Below are positions 16,447 to 24,826 of a DNA stretch of 27,655 bases, in pieces. Position 1 is the first letter of the stretch; every line of letters starts with the position of its first letter. Position numbers and translations under genes: made by a program. The stretch comes from Chlamydiota bacterium (lineage in GTDB: Bacteria > Auribacterota > Tritonobacteria > UBA1439): positions 1 to 27,655 of the forward strand of contig JBAXOY010000031.1 of the NCBI GenBank assembly GCA_037133055.1, in the 5' to 3' direction. The notes under the pieces are model-generated. The model was not told where the DNA came from and made no database searches. It saw nothing but the letters and a program-made list of their open reading frames with translations.

Positions 16447-18009
16447 ATGCGCAGATTCCTGATCTCCGCCTGTGCCGCGATTGTTTTTCTCCCGTGCGGC
16501 GCCCGCGCCTCCGCGGGCGTCCCGAAGGGCGCGGTGCGGGTGACGTTTCTCGACGTGACCCGCAAGACCGGAGATCCGGGCGCGGGGGACACGACCGACG
16601 CCTACATGCGCCGCCTCGAGCGGCAGTGGGGACGGGGCGGGATCGGCGACGCGGCGGTCGTGGAGACCGCGGAGAAGTGCGTCCTTATCGACGGCGGCCT
16701 GTGGACGAAGGGGCGGACCGTCGTCCTTCCCTATCTGAAGCGCCGGGGCGTGACGAGGCTCGACGCCGTCATCCTCACCCACCAGCATGGCGACCACTAC
16801 GGCGGTCTCACCGAGGTCCTCGATGCGATGCCGGTCGGCGAGGTCCTCACCAACGGGATTACCCACACCGCGAAGGCATACCGTAAATTCATGGAGTCGG
16901 CGAAATCCTCGGGGGCCCGCTACCGCGTCGTCCGGGGCGGCGAGACCCTCGACTGGGGCGGGGGCGTCACGGCGATGGTCGTGCAGGCCGCCGGGGGAAG
17001 GGGGGTCGCGCCTGACGACTACAACAACAACTCGCTCGTCCTGCGCATGACCTGCGGGAAAACTGCGATCCTGTTCGCGGGCGACATGGAGCACGACGAG
17101 GAGGCGGAGCTCCTCGCCTCGCGCCGGAATGTACGGAGCCAGGTGCTCAAATCGGGGCACCACGGCAGCAGTTCTTCGTCCTCGTTTCCGTTCCTGCAGG
17201 CGGTCCGCCCGGAGATCGCGGTCATCAGCGTCGGGGAGGAGAATCGGTTTCGCCTGCCCCACCAGTCGGTGATCGACCGCCTCGAATCGATGGGGTGCGC
17301 GGTGTACCGGTCGGACCTCGACGGGACCGTCACCGTCACGAGCGACGGGACGCGCGTCGCCGTCGAGACGGAGCGGAAGAGGCCGCGCGAGACCGCGCCC
17401 CGGAAGCCGCTGAAGGAGGAGTTCTACCGCCTCGAGAGCGAGGCGCAGGGCCTGATGCGGAGAAAAGAGTACGCGGCTGCGGCTGCGTGCTACCGGAAGG
17501 CGCTCGTCGTCGAGCCCGGCGTCGCCTCCGCCTACAGCATGCTCGGCTACTGCTGCAAGAAGATGCAGAGGGAGGATGAGGCGGTCTCGGCGTTCACCGC
17601 CGCCCTCGAGCGCGAGCCGTGCGACCCGTACGCGAACCTGCACCTCGGCCTCATCTTCCTGGAGAGCGACAGGAAGCGCGCGCTCGGGTATTTCGAGAAG
17701 CACCTCGACTGCCATCCCGACTCGCGCGGGTCGCGACTCGCGGAGGAGAAGGCGGGGTACCTCCACGGAAGCTTCGGGTGGGAGCTCAAGAAGGCCGGCA
17801 GGGATGATGAGGCGATCGCGGAGTTCGAGAAGTCCATCGCCCTCTCCCCCGGGAACGCATTCTCTCACCTCCAGCTCGGCCTCCTCTATCCTCCGCGGGA
17901 CCTGGGAAGGGCGCGCAGGGAACTCGAGAAATATCTCGAGCTCGAGCCGAAGGGGAAGTACGCTCCGGCAGCCCGCGATGCGCTTGTCGAGATCGAGGAG
18001 GATCGATGA
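16447..18009 (+). CDS. Secreted ComEC/Rec2-like metallo-beta-lactamase-fold hydrolase fused to TPR repeats
   Basis: Signal peptide. LIDGG, THQHGDHYGG, NNNSLVL, LFAGD, GHHGS, ISVG..NRFRLPH, YRSDLDG. C-terminal TPR-like helices. Confidence 0.88.
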   Translation: MRRFLISACAAIVFLPCGARASAGVPKGAVRVTFLDVTRKTGDPGAGDTTDAYMRRLERQWGRGGIGDAAVVETAEKCVLIDGGLWTKGRTVVLPYLKRRGVTRLDAVILTHQHGDHYGGLTEVLDAMPVGEVLTNGITHTAKAYRKFMESAKSSGARYRVVRGGETLDWGGGVTAMVVQAAGGRGVAPDDYNNNSLVLRMTCGKTAILFAGDMEHDEEAELLASRRNVRSQVLKSGHHGSSSSSSFPFLQAVRPEIAVISVGEENRFRLPHQSVIDRLESMGCAVYRSDLDGTVTVTSDGTRVAVETERKRPRETAPRKPLKEEFYRLESEAQGLMRRKEYAAAAACYRKALVVEPGVASAYSMLGYCCKKMQREDEAVSAFTAALEREPCDPYANLHLGLIFLESDRKRALGYFEKHLDCHPDSRGSRLAEEKAGYLHGSFGWELKKAGRDDEAIAEFEKSIALSPGNAFSHLQLGLLYPPRDLGRARRELEKYLELEPKGKYAPAARDALVEIEEDR

Positions 18010-19754
18010 CCCCCGCCGCCCTCGCCCTCCTCGCCCTTCTCTTCTCCGCGCCCTCCTCGGAAGGGAAGGGAGGGGGAGCCACCCGGCTCAGGATCACCTA
18101 CCCGGAATCGCCCCTGGTGACGCAGTTCACGCGCGTGCGCATCGCGGGATCGTGCGACCCGTCGTGCACGGTCACGATCGGGGGGAAGCCGTCCCGGGTG
18201 TATCCGACGGGTGCCTTCGTGGGCCTCGTGCTCCTCGCGGCCGGGGACGCGACGGTCGAGGTGGTCGCGCGACTCGGCGGCACGGAGGACCGCGCGCCCC
18301 TCGCCGTCACCTGCCGCGATCCCCTGGTGACATCTCCGGAATCGCCGCTTACCGCGGACCGGAAGATGCTGCAGCCCGCCGTCGACATGATCCTCCAGCC
18401 CGGGGACGAGCTCCGCGTGCAGTGCAAGGGAAGCCCGGGGATGAAGGCTTCCTGGTCCCTTGGAAAGATCGTGAAGAACGCCCCCATGGAGGAGGTCCCG
18501 CCGCTGAAGGGCGATGACGGGGAGGAGATTGGGGGGATCTATCGGGCCTTCTACAGGATCAGGGAGGGAGACCGGATCTCCGGCGCGCGGGCGCGGTTCA
18601 GTCTCAGCGACGCCCGGGGTCGCGCGGTGAGGGCCCGGTCGCCCGGGCGGATCACGTTGGCGCCCCATGCGCGGATTGTCCGGGGCGGTGTCGGCGAGGA
18701 CGGCGCGCCCGCGAGCGCCGACCCGGGAGGCGCTCAGGCCTGGCGCATGGAGCCGGGGACGCGCCTCAACCTTTGCGGGGAGGCCGGCGACCATTACCGC
18801 GCGCTGCTTTCATCGGGAGAGCGCTGGTGGGTCCCGAAGAAATCCGTGAGGCCGGTGAAGGGGGAGGGGGCATGGCCCCCGTCGTCGGCGGGGCCGCCGT
18901 CGGTCGAGCGGACGGAGCGTGGAGCCGCGGTGCGCATCCCCGTGAGCGGCGCCCCTCCGGTCAGGATCTCGGGGGGAAAAGACCCCCGGGAGCTCGTGGT
19001 CGAGGTTTTCGGCGTCTCCCCGGTCCGCGAACGGATGCGCGCCGGGGGCGCGGGCCCCGTCGAAATGGTCGAGATTCCGGAGACGAAAGCTGATATACTT
19101 TCCGCGGTTGTTCGGATGCGGGGCCGCGCGCAGTGGGGTCACGCGGTGCAGAGGACGCAGACGGGATTGGCGCTCGAGGTCAAGGCGCCGCCGGGCAGGG
19201 AGCCCGGGAAGATCAGGGTGGTCATAGACCCCGGGCACGGGGGGGCGCAGACGGGCGCGATGAGCCCGACGGGGTTAAGGGAAAAGGATGTGAACCTCGA
19301 AGTCGCCCGAGAGGCGGCGGCCTTCCTGAAGGAGCGGGGAGTCGGCGCGGTGCTGACCCGGGACGATGACCGGGCCCTCACCCTCGACGAGCGGATCGCG
19401 CGGGCGCGCCTGGAGGGAGCCGATATCTTCGTGAGCGTCCACCACGACTCCTGCCCCGGCTGCTGCGACCCGCTCTCCCGGCGCGGCGCGGGCGCGTACT
19501 ACGGCGTGCCGCAGTCCGAGGCGCTCGCGGGGGCGGTCCTCGCGCGCCTCGATACGGCGGGGGCGCCCTCGCGCGGGATCCGCCGCGGAAATTTCGCGGT
19601 CGTGCTGCCCACCGACTACCTCGCCGTGCTGGTGGAGTGCAGCTACCTCTCCCACCCGGAGGATGAGGCGCGCATCCTCTCCGCGGGCTACGCCCGCGAG
19701 ACGGGGCGCCTGATCGCGGCGGGGGTGCTGGATTTCGTGCGCGAGGCGGGGTGA
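18006..19754 (+). CDS. N-acetylmuramoyl-L-alanine amidase (Amidase_3) with long N-terminal region
   Basis: VVIDPGHGG, EKDVNL, LTRDDD, FVSVHHD, LVECSYLS. Signal peptide. ATGA overlap with the upstream gene. Confidence 0.9.
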   Translation: MTPAALALLALLFSAPSSEGKGGGATRLRITYPESPLVTQFTRVRIAGSCDPSCTVTIGGKPSRVYPTGAFVGLVLLAAGDATVEVVARLGGTEDRAPLAVTCRDPLVTSPESPLTADRKMLQPAVDMILQPGDELRVQCKGSPGMKASWSLGKIVKNAPMEEVPPLKGDDGEEIGGIYRAFYRIREGDRISGARARFSLSDARGRAVRARSPGRITLAPHARIVRGGVGEDGAPASADPGGAQAWRMEPGTRLNLCGEAGDHYRALLSSGERWWVPKKSVRPVKGEGAWPPSSAGPPSVERTERGAAVRIPVSGAPPVRISGGKDPRELVVEVFGVSPVRERMRAGGAGPVEMVEIPETKADILSAVVRMRGRAQWGHAVQRTQTGLALEVKAPPGREPGKIRVVIDPGHGGAQTGAMSPTGLREKDVNLEVAREAAAFLKERGVGAVLTRDDDRALTLDERIARARLEGADIFVSVHHDSCPGCCDPLSRRGAGAYYGVPQSEALAGAVLARLDTAGAPSRGIRRGNFAVVLPTDYLAVLVECSYLSHPEDEARILSAGYARETGRLIAAGVLDFVREAG

Positions 19755-19763
19755 AAAACAGCA

Positions 19764-19781
19764 TAGGTCCTATAGGACCTA
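19764..19781. repeat. Perfect 18-bp palindrome
   Basis: TAGGTCCTATAGGACCTA equals its own reverse complement. Confidence 0.7.
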
Positions 19782-19822
19782 AAGGTCGGTCCGTCGGTAC
19801 AACGGGGTGACGGGGTGAACGG

Positions 19823-21367
19823 ATGAGACGGCATGGAGAGAGGTTCATGTTCGGTTTCGAGGGCAAGGCCGCAACGGCCGTCCTCGAAGACTTGATCGCC
19901 GGGCGGCGCGTCAGCGGTATCGTCCTCTTCTCCAGGAACATCCGCGACGCGCGGCAGGTCTCGGCGCTTTGCGCGGAGATGCAGGCGATGCGGAAGCGGG
20001 TGAGCGAGCTCCCCCTCCTCGTTGCGCTGGACCATGAGGGTGGCACCGTCCACCGCCTGACGGACGGTGCGACCCGGTTCCCCGCGCCCATGGCTCTCGC
20101 CGCCACCGGCCGCGTCGAGCTCGCCGGGCGCGTCGGCTACAGCATGGGCTGCGAGCTCCTGGGGCTCGGGGTGAATATGGTGTTCGCCCCGGTGCTCGAC
20201 GTGAACACCAACAAGAACAATCCGGTCATCGGCGTCAGGGCCTTCAGCGACGATCCGGAGACCGTGGCCGCGTTCGGCACGGCCATGATCACGGGGTTGG
20301 AGCGCGCGGGCATCGCGTCCGTGGCGAAACATTTCCCCGGGCTCGGGTTCGCCGAGCAGGACCCGCACGTCGAGCTTCCGGTCATCTCCAAGGACGCCGA
20401 GGAGCTTGATCGCCAGGATATTCTTCCGTTTGCCCGCGCCGTGAAGGCGGGGGTCTCCGGGGTGATGGTCGGCCACGCGCGATACCCGGCCCTGTCGGCG
20501 AGGCCGGCGAGCCTTTCCTCAGCGGTGATCAGGGACCTGCTGCGGCAGCGGCTCGGCTTCGAGGGGATTGTGCTCACCGACGATCTCGAGATGGAGGCGA
20601 TGCAGATGCACCGCGGCGCGGGCGACGCGGCGGTCAAGGCCTGCGGGGCCGGGGCCGATCTCCTCCTCATCTGCCATTCGAGCACGCAGCAGATCAACGC
20701 CATGGCCGATCTCGCGAACGCGATCAGCGCCTCCAAGCTCCGCTCCGAGCAGATCAAGGGGAACCTCAGTCGGCTTCGCGACTTCAAGGAGAAACTCCGC
20801 GCGCGGCTCATGGGTCCCCCCCCGAAGCCTGCCGAGGATGGTGACGCCCTGGCGCGGGAGGTCGCGGAATCGGCGCTGACCCTCGTGGGCGACAGCGGGT
20901 CGATACTTCCCCTGCGGCTTGAGCCCTCGCAGAAGCTTCTCCTCCTGTCCCCGGAAACGGGGCCCCTTACCCCGATCGAGGACAATGTCTCATCGCTCGA
21001 CCGGCTGGCGGAAATCCTCCGCGCCCGTCACCCGCGCGCCGAGACGCTCTCGTTCCCGATCGTCCCCTCGCGGCATGATTTTGAGGAGGTCAGGAGGGCG
21101 CTCGGGGACGCGGCGGCCGTGGTCATGTGCACCTGCAATGCCCATCTCTACCCTGAGCAGGCGAAGCTCCTCGACGAGGTGGCCGCATCCGGCAGGCCCG
21201 CGGTGTTCGTCGCGATCCGGAACCCCTATGACGCCGAGCTGTATCCGTCGCACGCCGCGCGGCTTGTGGCCTACGGGGCGGACCGGCACACGCTGGCCGC
21301 CGTCGGGAAGGCGCTGTTCGGCGACCTCGCCCCGCGCGGGAAATGCCCGGTGGCGCTGAAGGCATAG
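19823..21367 (+). CDS. nagZ: GH3 beta-N-acetylhexosaminidase (two-domain NagZ type)
   Basis: DHEGG, FAPVLDVN, NPVIGVRAF, KHFPGLG..DPH, TDDLEM, RNPYD. Confidence 0.9.
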   Translation: MRRHGERFMFGFEGKAATAVLEDLIAGRRVSGIVLFSRNIRDARQVSALCAEMQAMRKRVSELPLLVALDHEGGTVHRLTDGATRFPAPMALAATGRVELAGRVGYSMGCELLGLGVNMVFAPVLDVNTNKNNPVIGVRAFSDDPETVAAFGTAMITGLERAGIASVAKHFPGLGFAEQDPHVELPVISKDAEELDRQDILPFARAVKAGVSGVMVGHARYPALSARPASLSSAVIRDLLRQRLGFEGIVLTDDLEMEAMQMHRGAGDAAVKACGAGADLLLICHSSTQQINAMADLANAISASKLRSEQIKGNLSRLRDFKEKLRARLMGPPPKPAEDGDALAREVAESALTLVGDSGSILPLRLEPSQKLLLLSPETGPLTPIEDNVSSLDRLAEILRARHPRAETLSFPIVPSRHDFEEVRRALGDAAAVVMCTCNAHLYPEQAKLLDEVAASGRPAVFVAIRNPYDAELYPSHAARLVAYGADRHTLAAVGKALFGDLAPRGKCPVALKA

Positions 21368-21443
21368 TCCATAGCAAAGATACGACTATGCGGCTATGGA
21401 CTATCGACTGTCGTTCATGGACTATGGACCATGGACCATGGAC
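21364..21443. repeat. Heptamer (YYATGGA) repeat array with 12-bp inverted repeat
   Basis: ATAGTCCATAGC(21364-75)/GCTATGGACTAT(21393-404). Units TCATGGA-CTATGGA-CCATGGA-CCATGGA at 21415-21442. Confidence 0.75.
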
Positions 21444-22330
21444 TGTGTGAGATCCGCATCGGCCCCGCCGGGTGGGCCTATGGGGACTGGGATGGTGTGG
21501 TCTATCCCGAGAAGCAGCGGGGATTCGACCCCCTCGGGTACCTTGCCCGCTATTTCGACTGCATCGAGGTCAACACCACCTTCTACCGCATTCCCTCGGC
21601 CCGCGCGTGCGCGGGCTGGGCGGCGAGGACGCGGGAGCATGAGCGGTTCCGTTTCACCGTCAAGCTCCACCGCAGCTTTACCCATGAGCCCGGCGGACCG
21701 GCCGGGGGGGGCGCGGAAAAGTTCCGCGCCGGGATCTCCCCGCTCGTCGAGTCCGGAAGACTTGGCTGCCTTCTCGCCCAGTTCCCGTGGTCGTTCAGGA
21801 ACTCCCCCGAGGGCATGTCGCGACTGGAGCGGCTTATCGACTCGTACGCCGGCCTGCCGCTCGCCGTGGAGGTCCGACACGCGAGCTGGAACACTGCCCC
21901 GTTCTACGAGTTTTTGTCGGCCAGGGGGGTGGGGTTCTGCAACATCGACCAGCCGCTCTTCCACGCGTCGATGCGGCCCTCCGCGCGAAGCACCTCCCCG
22001 GTCGGCTACTTCCGCCTGCACGGCCTTAACTACGACGACTGGTTCCGCGAGGGCGCGGGCAGGGACGCCCGCTATGATTACCTCTACACGGGGAAAGAGA
22101 TCGAGCGCTGGGCCGCGCGCATCCAGGCGGTCGGCGCCCATGTCTCCCGTGTCTATGTCATAATGAACAATCATTACAAGGGGAAGGCGGCGTGCAATGC
22201 GCTCGAGCTCAAGGCCCGGCTCTCGGGCGCTCCGGTCGAAGCCCCTCCTCCCCTGATCGAGGCGTTCCCCCGGCTGAGGGGCGTGTGCCTTCCCCCGGGC
22301 GCCGATCCCGACATGCTGCCGGGGTTTTAA
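21431..22330 (+). CDS. DUF72 (YecE-like) family protein
   Basis: IRIGPAGWAYGDW, IEVNTTFY, FTVKL, QFPWSF, VEVRHASW, YFRLHG, YDYLY, NNHYKGKA. Confidence 0.92.
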   Translation: MDHGLCEIRIGPAGWAYGDWDGVVYPEKQRGFDPLGYLARYFDCIEVNTTFYRIPSARACAGWAARTREHERFRFTVKLHRSFTHEPGGPAGGGAEKFRAGISPLVESGRLGCLLAQFPWSFRNSPEGMSRLERLIDSYAGLPLAVEVRHASWNTAPFYEFLSARGVGFCNIDQPLFHASMRPSARSTSPVGYFRLHGLNYDDWFREGAGRDARYDYLYTGKEIERWAARIQAVGAHVSRVYVIMNNHYKGKAACNALELKARLSGAPVEAPPPLIEAFPRLRGVCLPPGADPDMLPGF

Positions 22331-22422
22331 AGGTTACTGTTTTACCACGGGGGACACGGAGTGTACATCCGTGTCAGCGTGTGGGCGTAAGGGCCCTGAA
22401 AATTCGGCCCGGAAAATTGATA

Positions 22423-22451
22423 TTGACCTCCCGGGAGCCGCGTGATAGATT
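22423..22451 (+). promoter_or_regulatory. Sigma70 promoter upstream of the hypothetical-HU-hisS-aspS-phoH run
   Basis: TTGACC-17 nt-TAGATT with TGn extension and an AT-rich upstream region. Confidence 0.65.
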
Positions 22452-22555
22452 TTGAACGATGGAACCACTACTGCGGCAAGCAGTTTTAGCCACGCCCGCC
22501 GGGGTGGGTCACCCTTTGACACACGACATGGCCATGGGAGCAGTGCCGCGCGCAG

Positions 22556-23041
22556 ATGAAAGACCCGGTCCTTGAACAGGAGATCGAGGCGGTCGAGGCG
22601 CTCATAAAGGCCTGGAACGGTCTCTTTGTGCTCACCAACGAAGCCCGGACCCCCGGTTCGGGGGAAAACGGCCGCGGGGCGGCGTTTCTCGATGCGAGGA
22701 ATGCCCTCGTCCAGGACTACCCGGAGATGATGAGCAGGCTCGAGATCCCCGTCCACTCGGACGACGAAGTCATGCAGATCCTCGGCAGGCTGAGCTCGCT
22801 CGGCGTCGTGCTGCAGATGCCGGAGCCGCAGTGGAAGAAACTCTGCGAGATGCAGGGCCACGCCGAGGTGGTGCTCCGGGGGATGCTTGGCGCCCTGCGG
22901 GGCCGGAAGCGGGGCATCGAGGCGGTGAGCAGGCAGCGCATACTCGTGCGCCGGGTGCTGGGGTCGTGGCCCCTCAAGCTGCTCTACCTGGTCACGGCCA
23001 TTGTGATCGTGTTCGTGGTGTTGAAGCTGTCGCATCTCTAA
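22556..23041 (+). CDS. Hypothetical helical protein with C-terminal TM anchor
   Basis: 161-aa ORF with typical codon usage, ending in LLYLVTAIVIVFVVLK. Confidence 0.7.
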   Translation: MKDPVLEQEIEAVEALIKAWNGLFVLTNEARTPGSGENGRGAAFLDARNALVQDYPEMMSRLEIPVHSDDEVMQILGRLSSLGVVLQMPEPQWKKLCEMQGHAEVVLRGMLGALRGRKRGIEAVSRQRILVRRVLGSWPLKLLYLVTAIVIVFVVLKLSHL

Positions 23042-23116
23042 CGTTCGTCGAAGGCGCGGCGGTGCCCGGGGGTGTGCGGGGAATTGCGCCGCGCCGCAAG
23101 AAAAGGAGGAGCCGCG

Positions 23117-23401
23117 ATGACGAAGAGGGAGTTGGCGATCCGGATCTCCAGCGAGACCACGTTGACCCAGCTCGCGGTCAAGGAAGTGATCCAGAAGCTG
23201 CTCGATTACATCATCGAGAGCCTGGAGAAGAACGAGACCGTCGAGCTCAGGAACTTCGGCGTCTTCAAGGTCCGCACCCGGAAGGCACGGCTCGGGCGCA
23301 ACCCCAACAAGCCCGAGCAGGAAGTCCGCATCCCCGCGAAGCGGGTCCCGGATTTCAAGCCGGGGAGGATCATGAAGGCCAGGGTGGAGAAACCCGCATA
23401 G
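23117..23401 (+). CDS. HU/IHF-family DNA-binding protein
   Basis: MTKRELA, VELRNFGVF, RKARLGRNP, VPDFKPG. AGGAGG SD. Confidence 0.95.
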   Translation: MTKRELAIRISSETTLTQLAVKEVIQKLLDYIIESLEKNETVELRNFGVFKVRTRKARLGRNPNKPEQEVRIPAKRVPDFKPGRIMKARVEKPA

Positions 23402-23521
23402 CGCATCAGCCGCGACGCTCCCCGGAACCGGGGCGCGCGCGGCGTGCACGCGCGCGGAAAGGCCCTGACCCGGCGGGGGTCGGGGCCCGCCGTTATGGGG
23501 CCGCGCGCCGGAGCGGAGGGG

Positions 23522-24826
23522 ATGAAGGTACAAAAGCCGAGAGGCACATTCGACGTGCTCCCGGACGAGGCGGGGCGGTGGCGTTTTGTCGAGGACACCG
23601 CGCGCCGCATCGCCGCGCTCTATGGATTCGGCGAGATCCGGACCCCTGTCTTCGAGAGCACAGACCTGTTCGTGAGAAGCGTCGGCGAGACGACGGATAT
23701 CGTCAGCAAGGAGATGTACACCTTCAAGGACGGCGCGGGCCGCAGTCTCACCCTGCGGCCCGAGGGGACCGCCTCCGTGATCCGGGCGTACCTGGAAAAT
23801 TCACTCGGCCAAACGGAAAAAACAGCCCGGCTGTATTACCTGGGCCCCGTGTTCCGCTACGAAAAGCCGCAGGCGGGGAGATACCGGCAGCATCACCAGT
23901 TCGGGGTGGAGGCGATCGGCGTCGCCGCGCCCGCCGGGGACGCGGAGATTATCCAGATGCTCATGCATTTCTACGCGGAGCTCGGGATCCGAGGGGCCGC
24001 TCCGATGGTGAACAGCGTCGGGTGCCGGGAGTGCCGTCCCGGGTACAACGCGGCGCTCGGCGGGTATCTCCGCGAGCGGCGCGGGTCCCTCTGCGAAGAT
24101 TGCCGGAGGCGCGCGGAGACAAACCCGCTCAGGGTGTTCGACTGCGCGCAGCCCGGGTGCGCCGCGGTCATCGCCGCGGCGCCCAGGGTCAAAGATCACG
24201 CGTGCGCCGCGTGCATTGATCACTTCACCGCGGTGCTCGGCCTCCTCGATGAGGCCGGCATACGGTACGTCGTGAAGCCGGAGCTCGTGCGGGGCATAGA
24301 CTATTACACGCGCACGACCTTCGAGATCGTCGCCGGAGAGCTTGGCGCGCAGAACGCCGTGGGGGGCGGGGGGCGCTACGACAATCTCGTGGAGCTGCTC
24401 GGCGGCCCTCCGACGCCGGCGGTGGGGTTCGGCACGGGAATCGAGCGGATACTCATGGTGATGCGGGAGCGGGGGGCGGCGATACCGAACGAGGGCGGTG
24501 TCGAGGTCGCCGTGGTGGCATGGGAGCCCGGGGCGATGCCGGACGGCAGGAGGGTGCTCAGGGAGCTCAGGGCCGCGGGTGTCGCGGCGGAGATGGATTC
24601 TGCGGGGGGAAGCCTGAAGAGCCAGATGCGGCGCCTCGATCGACGGGGGATCCCGCTCGCCCTGCTCCTCGGCGGCGACGAGCGCGCGCGCGGCGCCGGG
24701 AGATTGAAGGATATGCGCACGGGCGAGGAGCGGGAGCTCGCCCTCGACCGGGTTGCCGGGGAACTGGCGGCGCGCGAAGGGCGGGCGCGGGGAACGGCGC
24801 GCGAGTGCGGGAACGGCAGGCCATGA
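23522..24826 (+). CDS. hisS: Histidine--tRNA ligase
   Basis: PRGTFD, KEMYTF, LRPEGTA, FRYEKPQAGRYRQHHQ, LVRGIDYY, GGGRYD, GFGTGIER. GGAGG SD. Confidence 0.97.
   Translation: MKVQKPRGTFDVLPDEAGRWRFVEDTARRIAALYGFGEIRTPVFESTDLFVRSVGETTDIVSKEMYTFKDGAGRSLTLRPEGTASVIRAYLENSLGQTEKTARLYYLGPVFRYEKPQAGRYRQHHQFGVEAIGVAAPAGDAEIIQMLMHFYAELGIRGAAPMVNSVGCRECRPGYNAALGGYLRERRGSLCEDCRRRAETNPLRVFDCAQPGCAAVIAAAPRVKDHACAACIDHFTAVLGLLDEAGIRYVVKPELVRGIDYYTRTTFEIVAGELGAQNAVGGGGRYDNLVELLGGPPTPAVGFGTGIERILMVMRERGAAIPNEGGVEVAVVAWEPGAMPDGRRVLRELRAAGVAAEMDSAGGSLKSQMRRLDRRGIPLALLLGGDERARGAGRLKDMRTGEERELALDRVAGELAAREGRARGTARECGNGRP

Noticed and set aside
20326..20368. NagZ motif KHFPGLG instead of KHFPGHG, suggesting inactivation
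   Set aside because: The catalytic Asp-x-His (DPH) and the nucleophile region (TDDLEM) are intact, so there is no basis to call it inactive.
21364..21443. Possible CRISPR array
   Set aside because: The units are 7 nt with no unique spacers, and there are no cas genes.
23402..23521. Possible T-box or attenuator upstream of hisS (hairpin at 23461-23487)
   Set aside because: The spacer is too short, has no T-box consensus or U-tract, and GC-rich hairpins arise easily by chance.
24020..24220. Cys-rich insertion in HisRS
   Set aside because: CxxC motifs in the HisRS insertion domain are common in many bacterial lineages.
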